A DNA stretch of 62,947 bases, filler included, from Basidiobolus ranarum (Eukaryota), in the NCBI GenBank assembly GCA_040143965.1. It is 5 parts of 5 records of this genome, joined end to end, with 100 filler letters (N's around TTAATTAATTAA, not from the genome) between each part and the next. Parts side by side here need not be neighbours in the genome. Positions count along the whole stretch, not along the records: positions 37,863 to 50,363 come from JASJQH010000539.1; positions 50,464 to 62,947 come from JASJQH010000540.1; 3 more parts are not named here. One strand, written 5' to 3'. The position numbers and the translations under genes are program-made. This document shows, piece by piece, positions 40,231 to 51,665 of the stretch; the first letter of the stretch is position 1, and every line of letters starts with the position of its first letter. Under the pieces are notes generated by a model. The model saw nothing but the letters and a program-made list of their open reading frames with translations, was not told where the DNA came from and made no database searches.

Positions 40231-41704
40231 TTAAAATGAAGACCAGTTTTCATTTTCCCAATCGCTGCTTTTTTTTATAGGTGTCTTCTTTCTAGATCTG
40301 GGAGACAGTCTACTTGCGGCTGTAGTACGGGGACTGCTACTACTTTTATAGGTATATTGCGCTTGATTTTCATCATCATGTTCGTCATATTTACCAGTAG
40401 AATTGTTATTGAGACCAGAATTATAGCTGTTATCCAATTGGTTATTGTGAGCTTCATAATCGGAAGAGTTATTATAGCCTACGTTAGAGGAATCGTAGGT
40501 CGAGTCAGGTCTTTGGCCTCCTTGTGAGACTGAGTTAACATACTCCGAAAACATAGACAATCCACGGGATCCGGTGTCAGTAACAGTTTTGCCCAAAGAT
40601 GATACATAGTTAGTCATGTTTCGTGTAAAATCGGGATCGGTTACAGTCTCCGTGGCTGGTTTAAGAACCTGTTCTTGAATTTTTTCCGCCCCTACGGCAG
40701 CTAGCTTGGCACCTTCGGAAGCTAGAACAGTGGCACTCATGGACAACATTGACCAGCCCTTGGAAAGATAGCTCATAGGATCAGTGAGCATATCTTGTGA
40801 TTCGGACCCACCAGACTTAGCACTTGATGCATAAGCAGGATTTCCAAAGCCACCATATTTGCCGCCTTGATTAGGAGGCAATGTGTCGGAACGATGCTCA
40901 TTTATCATTCCCATTCGTGCAAAATAATCTTCATTTTTTGATTTTTGAGAGCCGTAATTATTTTGGTTATTTTCACCTGTAGAATTAGAAAATGAACGCT
41001 GAGCGGTTCCTAATTTAGGCGAGGTAGCAGCTTGCTTTTTGTTCGCGATTCGAGGCGAGGCTGAGGGAGCATTAAATTTACGACCTTCGCATTCTGCAGT
41101 AAGCTATTGATAATCACAAAATCAGAGATAGCTTAAGGATTTTGTCAACAAAAAAAGGAAATCGTAATTCGAATTTATACCTTTTCACGATAGAGATCGG
41201 CAAAGTGACTGGTGTATTTTTCACGAATTGATAAACCCTCACGATAGTCAGGTTGACTCTGGAAAAATTCTAAAGCTCGTTTGTTGCCACCCAACTTAAT
41301 TGGCAAAGATTTAGTATTTCAAAAGGATATTTATCATTGCTGAGCTCCGATATACCTCCATACGTTTCAGTTGCTCTTTGGACCATTTATCCATTGTTAC
41401 AGAGCGGACAAAGCTTTAAGGAGATTAGCGTTTACTTATGTTAAGAGTAGCTTGCTTCGGTGTGTACCTGATATGAACACCGAGGGAGCGATGAACACCT
41501 GAGCACTCCAAACAAAAAAAAATACCAAGAGTAACAGAGGCCCATTGTGGATTAGGAGCGCCACAGTCGATGCAGTTCTAAAAGTGTCAAGTATATATCA
41601 AAAGAGAGTACTTCAAAGAATATTTCTTAATAGTATACTCTTACTTTGTTCCTTTCCTGAGTTTGAAGATCAGCTAATATTTTCTTATAGTTTGTCGACG
41701 ACAT
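40231..41704 (-). CDS. GCS1: ADP-ribosylation factor GTPase-activating protein (Gcs1/ArfGAP1)
   Basis: [44 protein letters not shown] zinc finger; [14 protein letters not shown] and [11 protein letters not shown] (ALPS-like); C-terminal WENENWSSF. Confidence 0.94.
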
Positions 41705-42976
41705 GAAGTTCAAAGAGGTGATGAAATCCTGAGGGTATTTAGTAAGCCGTAAAAAATCACTCAAGTACTAGTAACAGCAAAGAAAGCTGCACTGGGAGAG
41801 AAGATAAGTTTGTGAACAACGTAAGAGATTTCTGGAAATAAGATAAACTAGTAGATACTGACCTGAAAGAGTAAAGTTGTAAAAGACAGCGATCATGACT
41901 AACGATTCTGCTGGTCATATAAGATATATTGAAGGATTCTGCAAGATGTGCGATGGCATAATGACAACATAAGAATTTCAGATAAATGGGTTTTGTGAGC
42001 CAATGGCAAAACGGAACATCATATCATTCTAAATACTCTTGATCACTTTGTCATTACTTCTATTCTAACAGATTGAAGCAACTCAGTTGCATTAATCATT
42101 TTCACATAAATAGAGTGAAGGCCGTTTTTTTATTGTAACAAGGACTGTCAAATTTGCAAACTAATTTTAGTTCCAGCTAAAATAAACCAGTTCGAATGAT
42201 GGATGAGGATAACAAAATATCAAACCATAGATAGTAACAAGTTAGTGCTGCGCACACTATATTGATTTCAATTAATTTGTAGGTAAAATAAGGCAGAAAC
42301 TTCAGCAGCCGAGGAAAGGCAATATAGATAACTCCGCTCTTTCTGATTTGGACTGGATGAAGCTATTGCTCGGCTGAACGTACGTCCAGGAGCAACAACA
42401 CTCAACTCTCTTTGAACCGTGGAGTGGGGAAACTTGTCACCGGTACTAAAACTAAGGCTATTCTTGCCATTTTGGTCCTACAAAAGCATTCTTGTTTCTG
42501 ACACGAGAGCTCTCGACCTATTCGTTTTGGATACCTCCAAGTCATTCTGTTGTGTTTCTAAGATTCTGAAGTCGCCTATTCAGGCTGAAACTTCTGGCCG
42601 GTTTGTTGCAATTCCATAGTTGAACTATTATGTGTTACCATAGTCAATTGATTTGTTTATGATCGGTTATGTTGTATTATGTGGCGTGTACGTTGAGTCT
42701 GTCGAGCGTTTAAGAACATTTATCAATGAATGCTTGGAGTAACGCCCTCATTGACCAAAGAGTACGATACGGCAAATCTTACATCAGAACCACCTAAATT
42801 ATCATGCGTCAGTTCAGGATGATGCGATCATTAATCCCTCATATATAATTGGATCATCGGGTTCTACAGGTGCTGATTTGCTACCTGGAGATACCCTTTC
42901 ATGCTTTATAGACCTTACGATTCTTTTGAGGTCCGATTGTAAATTTGCTTTTCTTACCTTCCCCCTCTTTATAACT

Positions 42977-43569
42977 ATGGTACGTAGCTCACATACTGAT
43001 GAGGCTCATATTATTCAGCTCTCAATATACATTTCTAATCAATAATAAATTGATTTAGGCCAACCAACTTACTGAGGACCAGATTGCCGAATTCAAGGAA
43101 GCTTTCTCTCTTTTCGACAAGGATGGTGATGGTAGCATCACCACCAAGGAACTTGGTACTGTGATGCGTTCCCTAGGACAAAATCCTACTGAAGCCGAAC
43201 TTCAAGATATGGTCAGTGAAATTGATGCCGATGGTAATGGTCAAATTGACTTCACCGAATTCTTGACCCTTATGGCTCGCAAAATGAAGGATACCGACTC
43301 CGAAGAAGAAATTAAAGAAGCTTTCAAGGTCTTCGATAAGGATGGTAACGGCTTCATCTCCGCCGCCGAACTCCGTCATGTTATGACGAATTTGGGTGAA
43401 AAACTCACAGACGAGGAAGTTGATGAGATGATCCGTGAAGCTGATGTTGATGGTGATGGTCAAATTAACTACGATGAGTTTGTCAAGATGATGGTAAGTC
43501 TGTTGAAGTATGGACAAAATATTACAATGATGTTTACTTATTCTACTTATTTTTTAGATGACCAAATAA
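42977..43569 (+). CDS. CMD1: Calmodulin (149 aa)
   Basis: Exons ATG 42977-42979, 43059-43493 and 43558-43569 give [26 protein letters not shown]...FVKMMMTK*, with four EF hands. Confidence 0.98.
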
Positions 43570-44551
43570 ATTGCAAGGAATATATGCTCATTATATAAAT
43601 AAATCATGACTTTATGCCATAACTTTATTTGCTCGCGTTTTCTGAAAATTCTTGGGAGGGCAACGAATGCCACGTGTGTATACCAGATTCTTACAGTATT
43701 CATTTTTTTTCGTAACCTCAGCACAATGGTTGTTGGGACACCTTCCAGCGCGATGTTTGAACATCTAGTTTCTTCAACTATCTGTTACTGAATATCAACC
43801 ATTTGTGCATAGCTTCATTAGTAATGTTTTGATATTCTGTGAGCCAATTGACAGAGAGTAGCGTATCATAGTATTGTTAAAAGATACTTGATTTGATACA
43901 GTGTTTTACTCTAAAATGAGACGATTGGAAATCCAATTGAGATAATCTGAAAATTCAAATTAGACAATTCACCTTTTCTTCTGGAACGTGTACAACACAA
44001 AAAATGAGATGATTTGCTCTTATTTTTGAGACAAAACCCGGTTCTTTTTCAGACATTACTTGTCATCATTAAACAAAAATAATCTGCTAAAAGACAATAT
44101 ATCAGTGATGTATTTAAGAAAAAGCTATAACAAAAGAAATGGTGTCAGTTCGTTTTTCTCTTCCTTTTCTTTATGGAACCACCTCTAAAGATTATAGAGC
44201 AGTGGGCACTTTTGTTTGTTAGTCATACGCATATAGACAGAACATCGTCATTTATGATCATTAATTATATACCCATCACACTCTCATGTTGGCATTCATT
44301 CTTGTGCCTAAGCTACCAATCTTGTACCTTGTCACAAATGAATCAGTCAAATCCACCAAATCCAGCTGAGCTAAGCCACTACCTAAGCAAACGTAATAAG
44401 ATGGCTATGAGATAAATGAACAAAACAATTGTAGACAAATTGTGCAATTCATTGCTGTAACTCGTCATGTTTTTTGAGAGTATATGCTTAACAAACTTTT
44501 CTATCTGTAAACTAAAAAAGAGGTCAATTTTCTGTTTCTCTTCTTCTCTTT

Positions 44552-44947
44552 ATGGAACCACCATTAAAGATTATAGCAGTCAAAAACTCAATCACTGGTA
44601 TTGGGTGGAAGCCACGGTACGTTCCGCTTCTCAAATCACTCATGGCTAATGTCCATATCCTTGTAACGCACACGTTCACCTTTTTGAAGTACATTTTTAT
44701 TCAAGAATTGGAAAATGACCCTGCCTTTGCCCTGGAAAATTTTTCCAACGTTGATTTTTACAGAGAAGTCTTCTTGTCGCTTCTCCAGAATTACAAACCA
44801 AATAAACAAACAGCATCGTCAAAGTCAAGAACCTACCGAGAGCTTATCAACAACCATCGAGACTTATACTTTCAACATAGTTTATATGAGCCAATTAACT
44901 TAAAGTATGCACATCAAATAGCCTCAATTAGCCGTCCCCCTCACTAG
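44552..44947 (+). pseudogene. Truncated Fanzor1-like (eukaryotic TnpB) N-terminal fragment, probable transposon relic
   Basis: IAVKNSITGIGWKP...VHILVTHTFTFLKYIFIQELE...DFYREVFLSL...YRELINNHRDLYF...YAHQIA matches, from recall, the N-terminal region of Mucorales-type Fanzor1 proteins. Intronless; stops before the expected TAYxNNI motif; no RuvC triad seen. Confidence 0.7.
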
Positions 44948-46695
44948 TGTTTACATGCAAGCAAATTGTCATGCTGTGTCAATTGAGTGCCACCTGAATA
45001 TGCGTTTGCGTTGGCTGTAGCCTAAATTAAACGTTCCGCCTTTTTGAGCCTCCCTACTTGCAAATGTGCAGGCTGACAAAGGTGGCCGATTAGATTGGGC
45101 TTGTTTACAGATTGAAGAAATCATTGTACTACTCCGATGCTCACAGTCACCCAGATGCATTATGAATCCAAGAAGTCAAATGACAAACTGCGCCTCAACG
45201 ACAACGTAAGACCCGCATTCTTTAGGAACGGAGAACAGGGTGTTCCAGTAATCAGAGACCCTGACCAGATACCAGTTAGCAAGAACTTATGAATGAGCTA
45301 AAATGACTGTAAATGACCGCATCTGTATGAGTAGCGCTGCACTAGGGTAAAAACGTTCAGTACTTCATGTATTGTTGCAAAGGAATTATCTTCATTCTCC
45401 GCCGCCTGCATATCTTTAGGATTGGGCCGATAAACTACCAGGCTGAGTTTTACTTCTGTTGACTATGTGAGGCTATGAGGTCAGCGGTTCACAGTGTCAT
45501 GCTTGGTTTTGGCCTTGATTCATATATTTCAATTTGTCCTCAAATGGCCTCCCGACGGGTTGCTGAATCAGAAAAACAGCTGCTGTATAACTTGGAATAA
45601 AGTTTCAGAAATACCCGGAGATTACAGGAATGTAAATTCAGATAGTTGTTTGAAACAATAGATAGAGATCACCCTCCAACTAGACCATAATGGCCAGGTT
45701 TAATAAAAGTGCCAAATACGATAGCTGGCAATAGAATCAGTGGCGATGTAGAGAGGTCAGAGCTCCCGCCAACTTGAATTATGTCTCATCGGCAGCACCA
45801 GTAAATGACGATGAACATCTATGGTTGCACATAAACAGTATTTTGCACTCTCCTGGTTTGCCCAATGGAGGAGGAGGTGGAATTGGAAATATCTTGCTTC
45901 ACTGCAGTGTCATATTGCATGTGGCACTTCGGGTGTTATTCTATGCACGGCTAAAATAGTCCTGAATAATGCTTTGTGAGTTGAGCTGGTCTCATTATTT
46001 GATTTCATAAACTTGCTTTCGGGGATTTTCAGTGAGCTTTGTGTCGCGATAATTCAGCTGCACAATCAAGCAGTAAATGTGGCTTCGTATCCTCTCAGAA
46101 GACATTGTTGTCCACATGTATTGTACGGAAGAGCCTCAGACATTTGGTCAGTTCGATATCAAGCACATATCTGAATCCAAATTGGAGAATCGCACGAATA
46201 AATGATTATGGCCAGTTTGCTAAAAATTACTAATTTCTAGGATGTATTGCTTATATCTAGAAATCTATATCGGTCTATCAAATTAACAGACATTTGTTTG
46301 CTCATTGTTCGCTTAAATGCAACTAAAGTATCGCCAACTAAGCCCCTCTTAGGGCCCCTAAACTCCTCTGCCATATGATTGGAGCCCAGCATTCTGTTCA
46401 AAACATATATAATAGGCAGCGTTGTAGCTATGTCCTTCAGACGATCTGAGCCATTCCTCCACTTTCTTATCACTTTATCTACATTTCCTTAGTTCTTTTG
46501 TACCAAATCGCCCCTCAAACTCTATTACTCTTTCATCACATTAGGTAAGCTGCTTTAATATTCATTGCTCTACTTCTTCAGTTGAACGTTCACTGAAGAC
46601 ACTTGGTATTTCTCACTTCATTCTCGCATTGGATAAATCTAACAATATGAATTTCTATTTCTGCTCTTTAGATCCTAATCGAGCTTAACCTTAAT

Positions 46696-48444
46696 ATGGC
46701 CACTACCGATAATACCGCTCAAGTTACCCTCCCCTCTGACCAAGAGCAAGCCCCGATAGTCGACACTGTAGCTCCTACCGAAGATCTTGTCCACACTACT
46801 GATGCCACTGCTCAATCCAATGAAGTTGGTGCTTCTGAAACTCAAGAAAGAATTCAAGAAGTTTCGAATGGTATTCTCTTCAAACGTGGCCCAAGGCCTC
46901 TTCGATTATGGAAAAATCGATACTTCGCATTTCACTCAGAGCCCATCCCACTTGCTCAACTACGTTTAGTGTCAAAGAAGTATACGAAAGCTATCTCAGC
47001 TGGTAAAGAGGAGTTTGAGAAAGTAAATCGTTCCTTATTTCATGATATAGCATCTGCTACTGTGTCTGGTCAAGGGCTATTGTTTTATTACAAATCTAAT
47101 AGCCCTGATCATGTCGAAGTTCCATTAGGAATTGTTAATCTTAGTGATGTCGAATCCGTTGCTCCCATTAAGGCTAGCAAGCCTTATTCCTTTGCGATTA
47201 AGACTCACGCTAGAGAGTATGTTCTAGCTGCTCCTAATGCCGATGAAGCCAAAGCGTGGATTCACACTGTTCAAACCAGACTTGATTCTCTCTCCACTTT
47301 GGCTAATCCAGCAGAAACACCGCAATATAAAGAGATATACGAACAACTTGTGAGCCGAGAAGCGTTCAACCCAAAGACTACTCCTCCACTTCCCACTGGA
47401 ATCCTATCTGATACTGAAGTACTTTCTGGTTCTGATAATGAGAACGAGCCTCGCTCGGCTGAATCTCAGGCTGCAGAGGCCCCCAATGAAGAGGCTGTAG
47501 TTGCTGCCGAAGAGGCTGCCACTGAAGAAGCTCCTGCTGTAGCTGATATTTCTAGTGAAGTGCAGTCCGATTCTCCCAAGCGCAAGTCAATGTTTGGAAA
47601 CTTCAAGTCTTTCATTAATAAAAAATCTGACAAGCCAGCAGATGCTACCCCTCTCTCACCCGAATTATCTGAAGGAGATCCACAAGCTGCTGACCAGACC
47701 GCATCTGAAGCTCTCCCTGAGACGGCTGAATTAGCTGTACCTGAGACATCCGAACAGAAAGCTGTGAGCACAGAAGTCCCCACCGCTGAAGTCAAGAAAG
47801 ATGAGCATCCTTCTCGCCCACTCTCTTTCCATATTCCCAAGTTTTTCAAAGGACCAAAGAAAGAAGACAAACACGAAGCAATAGCAGAAGCAGCGGAAGC
47901 TCATCCAACGGAAGCTGAACATGCCACAGATATTTCAACTACCGAGGCTGTAGGTGCCGCCCAAGTAGAAGGCGATGCTACTACTGCCACTGAAACACAC
48001 GAGGGACAGCCTGCAGAATCAGCTAGACCAGCATCCCCTTTCAAACGTACCTTCTCAAACTTTCTCCATTTGAAGAAAAACAAACAACCAGAAAATCCTA
48101 ACGATCCAGCCGATGTAGAGATCCAGCCACCCGTCTCCGAGACTGACAATCTTGAAAAGCCTTTGGATATCGTTGATAATACTACATCTGAAGTCGCTAC
48201 ACCACCCCCTTCTGAACCTACCCCAGATGCAGTTAACGAGGAGGCTGCTGCCGATGACGCCACTGATAAACCCAAAAAGCCAACTCTATTCAAAAGGTTG
48301 AGCTTAATGGTTCGTTCAAACACCGCACCTAAAGGTGCGGCCCAACCCGCTGCGGATGTTGCAACTGCTCCTGCTGTAGTTGAGGAACCCATTTCTGAAT
48401 CCCATGAAGAACGTACTGTTGAAGAGGCAGTCAAGGCTAACTAG
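46696..48444 (+). CDS. PH-domain protein with long acidic Ala/Glu/Pro-rich tail (Meu6-like)
   Basis: GILFKRGPRPLRLWKNRYF...LLFYYKS...PLGIVNL...FAIKT...YVLAAPNADEAKAWI split PH fold; tail with basic-hydrophobic patches (KRKSMFGNFKSF, LFKRLS); probable 5'-UTR intron ~46545-46671. Confidence 0.85.
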   Translation: MATTDNTAQVTLPSDQEQAPIVDTVAPTEDLVHTTDATAQSNEVGASETQERIQEVSNGILFKRGPRPLRLWKNRYFAFHSEPIPLAQLRLVSKKYTKAISAGKEEFEKVNRSLFHDIASATVSGQGLLFYYKSNSPDHVEVPLGIVNLSDVESVAPIKASKPYSFAIKTHAREYVLAAPNADEAKAWIHTVQTRLDSLSTLANPAETPQYKEIYEQLVSREAFNPKTTPPLPTGILSDTEVLSGSDNENEPRSAESQAAEAPNEEAVVAAEEAATEEAPAVADISSEVQSDSPKRKSMFGNFKSFINKKSDKPADATPLSPELSEGDPQAADQTASEALPETAELAVPETSEQKAVSTEVPTAEVKKDEHPSRPLSFHIPKFFKGPKKEDKHEAIAEAAEAHPTEAEHATDISTTEAVGAAQVEGDATTATETHEGQPAESARPASPFKRTFSNFLHLKKNKQPENPNDPADVEIQPPVSETDNLEKPLDIVDNTTSEVATPPPSEPTPDAVNEEAAADDATDKPKKPTLFKRLSLMVRSNTAPKGAAQPAADVATAPAVVEEPISESHEERTVEEAVKAN

Positions 48445-49656
48445 TGTCTTACAATACTAATGATTTAATGTCGGCTCATGGACTTTGATCTTCTAATGTG
48501 ATGCCTGTGACCTTGATTCAAACTCTATTGTAAGAATACCATTTAATTTTTCTTCGTTTTACCCGTAAGCAACAGTCTATCGACTCTATGCACCTTTGAC
48601 TCACCTACGCTAATTACATTCGTTTTCCAATCTTTCGGAAAGATTGCAGTGTTTTATAGTAACCACTCCATTAGTTTTAAACGTTCATCTGCAGTTTGGA
48701 TTATATCCTCTATTTTTATCCCTCATCACCTACCTCTGCACTAATTGAGATACAGTTATATACATAGAATAAATCTTGAGTAACTATAAACAAATTGAAA
48801 GTTATACTATACAAAGCAACTGGGGAGGAAGTACTAGAGTAACACATGGAGAACCATATTAAGATTTTAAATGTTGCGCTTGTCCTATCTAAACTTAATT
48901 TAATACCATAAGTTACTCTTTGATTCTCTCGCCTCCATATATAATGAATAAACCATATAGATAACAGGATGCGGGCTTAGTATTTTCGTCTAGCTTTGTT
49001 TGCTTACTGGTATTTTCATATTAGCAAAGTCTGTTACAAATGATAAAATAGTTGATGTTAAAGTTCATAGATACATCATAATATCTTGTAGTCTTTCGCA
49101 ACGAGCTCTCAAAAGGTGGGTTATTGTTCGAGTCAGCTATTGGCACCAATATGAAAGCTTCTAAGTATAGTATTCAAATAATATGTTCTACTCCTCTTCA
49201 TTTCAGAGAATATATACCAAGTAAATTATTGATGTGCTTTTAATCTAACAATTCCCATTGAAAAGGGGACAATCTTCCATTCCATATATTGAGTTTCTAA
49301 GCTATGTGAAATATATGGCGATCATTGAGAACCCTAGAATGTATATAAACGCACATTAATTCATGATCGTCGTAGAAATGTGGAAGCGAACTTCCCAAGT
49401 TTTGTATTGATGATAGTTTGAATCCGAGAAAACATTTGACTAACTCATATTTTAGTATCAGCTTATAAGCTTATATGAAATCTTTAAAGGTTCTAAGAAG
49501 TAAAGAATCAACTAAATAAAGTGTTTTGGCATTTAAAGGAATTTATTGAATTCATGAATAAACAAAACCCAATTGTTACTAATTAATGATAAAGATGATA
49601 AAATATCTTGGAACAATCAGAGATCAATTGGAGACTGTAATGGTCAATTCGCTATT

Positions 49657-50363
49657 TTAAGCTAAAATGAAATATGAAGTGATGGCGATGAATGTGATGG
49701 TACTGAAAGGTACACTATAGGTTAATGTATTGGATGTTTCCGCTGAAAAATTGGTAAATTCTCTTTTTTCAAAAGAAACAGAGTTTGCATTGGGGTCAGT
49801 GTTAGAATTATCCCCAGCTCCATCGGAGCCGTTAGTTGGAGTACTAGTGTCGTTAATAGAACCAGAATCATCCCCAGTATCTTCATAGTCATCAGTTGAA
49901 GCGCTAGCGTCATCGCTTGAACCAGAATCATCCCCTGTATCTTCCGAATCATCAGTTGAAGCGCCAGCATCATTGTCAATGTTTTCAGAGTCGTCAGTTG
50001 AGGCACTAGAGTCATCACTTGAGTCAGAATCATCAGTTGAAGCGTCATTTCTAGTGTCATCCCCAGTATTTTCAGAATCATCAGTTAAGGTGCTAGCGTC
50101 ATCGCTTGAACCAGAATCATCCCCAGTGTCTTCAGAGTCATCAGTTGAAGCATCAGCATCATCTCCAGCATCTTCATTTGAGGCACTAGAGTCATCATCT
50201 CCAGAGTTGTCAGCTGAAGCACTAGTGTCATCGGTAGAATCAGAATTGTCCCCAGTGTCCTCAGAGTCAGAATTATCTTCATCGTAGTGGGAGTCATCCG
50301 CAGTACCATTATCACCATTTGAAGCAGAGTCCGGAGTAGAGGAAATAGTGTTATCAGGTAAGG
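49657..50363 (-). CDS. C-terminal part of an Asp/Ser-rich repetitive cell-surface protein with GPI-like tail (5' truncated; correct frame not in the ORF track)
   Basis: Open frame 50361 to 49657: ...ASTDDSEDTGDDSGSSDDAS repeats...SFEKREFTNFSAETSNTLTYSVPFSTITFIAITSYFILA*. Confidence 0.8.
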
Positions 50364-50463
50364 NNNNNNNNNNNNNNNNNNNNNNNNNNNNNNNNNNNNN
50401 NNNNNNNTTAATTAATTAANNNNNNNNNNNNNNNNNNNNNNNNNNNNNNNNNNNNNNNNNNNN
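50364..50463. other. Artificial contig linker
   Basis: N44-TTAATTAATTAA-N44. Confidence 0.97.
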
Positions 50464-50603
50464 AATGGTATGGTGAGATTGTGTTGCGTCATACTCAGCC
50501 CCAAGTAGTGGAGAAGATTGTCGAGAAAATTGTGGAAAAAGAGGTTCCAGCTAAGGTTGAGCTTGTCAAGAAGAAGTCTTTCCTCAAGAAAATATTTGCT
50601 TAA
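50464..50603 (+). CDS. 3' end of an unidentified gene
   Basis: Open frame WYGEIVLRHTQPQVVEKIVEKIVEKEVPAKVELVKKKSFLKKIFA* with coding-like codon usage, followed by an AT-rich 3' UTR. Confidence 0.6.
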
Positions 50604-50867
50604 TTTCTGCTAAGATATACTTAAGGACACTCGCATTCATATACACTCCTACTATTATCAGTATAATTCTAATGTTTTCATACTACTATTTCATTAATAC
50701 CTATGACATTTCGCTGAATAACTTCTGATTTAATAAAATATTGGTTTTGTCAAAGGCAAGATGTCTCTATGTTCATGAATATTTTATTCAGTAATTATTT
50801 GACATATTTAACCAGAATAGTAAGAAATACATGACTGGCTTTTAACATACCACATTTAACCAATATA

Positions 50868-51665
50868 TCATGGTGTCCCAGGATAATGTGAATTAGGATA
50901 TATAACAACGTATGCAAGAAACCAAAAGCCATACCCACATAAAGAACCAGTTAAGGTTTCGTAAAAATTGTGAAAATAAATGGAGGTCATAATGAGCATC
51001 CACCACCATAATCCCCAAAGGCAAATAAGACATTTACTCAAATTATGTTGCCAAAAACTCTTTCTAATCCGTCTGTGAAGTCGAATATCGAACATTAAAC
51101 TATGAAACTCCTCCCATAGAAAAAGGGAAGAATGGATTAAAAGTAGACAATGACCAGATAGATCATGTCCACCAAACCAAATTCCTCCCTTCCTTTTACA
51201 AGAAAAAGAATCATAGATCCCAGGCAGGGAACAAGCTCCTCCCGATAAAATATATACGCGATCCGTAAGAGAAGGTCCGAAAAACCCCTGGGTAATAATA
51301 TACCAATATATACTGGCATATAACCAGCGCACCAAAGAGGCGACGACTTTTCGTTTATTTCGATAAGTTAACGAAAAGCCGGCGTATAAAAGAAAAGAAC
51401 CACTTGTCCACGCCCAGCCATATTTCACAAAATACGCGTTAAATAAATTTCCTTTACGAGTGAAATAACGAGTATGAGTAGATGAGTCGATAAGAAGATT
51501 AAGGAAGCTTCCACAAAGGATTGTTACTAGATAGGTAACTGCAAACCGTTGATGTGGTCGGATATGAATATTGGAACTGTTTACTACAATTGTTTCATCA
51601 AGGTAAGGATCTGTAAAACTAGCAAATTGAATATCTCCTCCCCTAATAGCCCTTTTACTTCTCAT
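50868..51665 (-). CDS. SCS3: FIT-family (Scs3/Yft2/FITM2) acyl-CoA diphosphatase / fat-storage-inducing membrane protein
   Basis: KGNLFNAYFVKYGWAWTS, FFGPSLTDR, GGHDLSGHCLLL and WWWMLIMTSIYFH; single exon. Confidence 0.92.
   Translation of the reverse strand: MRSKRAIRGGDIQFASFTDPYLDETIVVNSSNIHIRPHQRFAVTYLVTILCGSFLNLLIDSSTHTRYFTRKGNLFNAYFVKYGWAWTSGSFLLYAGFSLTYRNKRKVVASLVRWLYASIYWYIITQGFFGPSLTDRVYILSGGACSLPGIYDSFSCKRKGGIWFGGHDLSGHCLLLIHSSLFLWEEFHSLMFDIRLHRRIRKSFWQHNLSKCLICLWGLWWWMLIMTSIYFHNFYETLTGSLCGYGFWFLAYVVIYPNSHYPGTP

Noticed and set aside
42280-42640. GC-richer island between GCS1 and calmodulin as RNase P/MRP RNA
   Set aside because: The conserved CR-I/CR-V boxes were not found; probably divergent promoter or UTR sequence.
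47466-48434. Long antisense ORFs
   Set aside because: Mirror frames of the low-complexity PH-protein tail; likewise 7344-7691 and 43173-43517 for their genes.
49722-50318. ORFs 49722-50081, 49973-50287 and 50085-50318
   Set aside because: Shadow frames of the Asp/Ser repeat protein.
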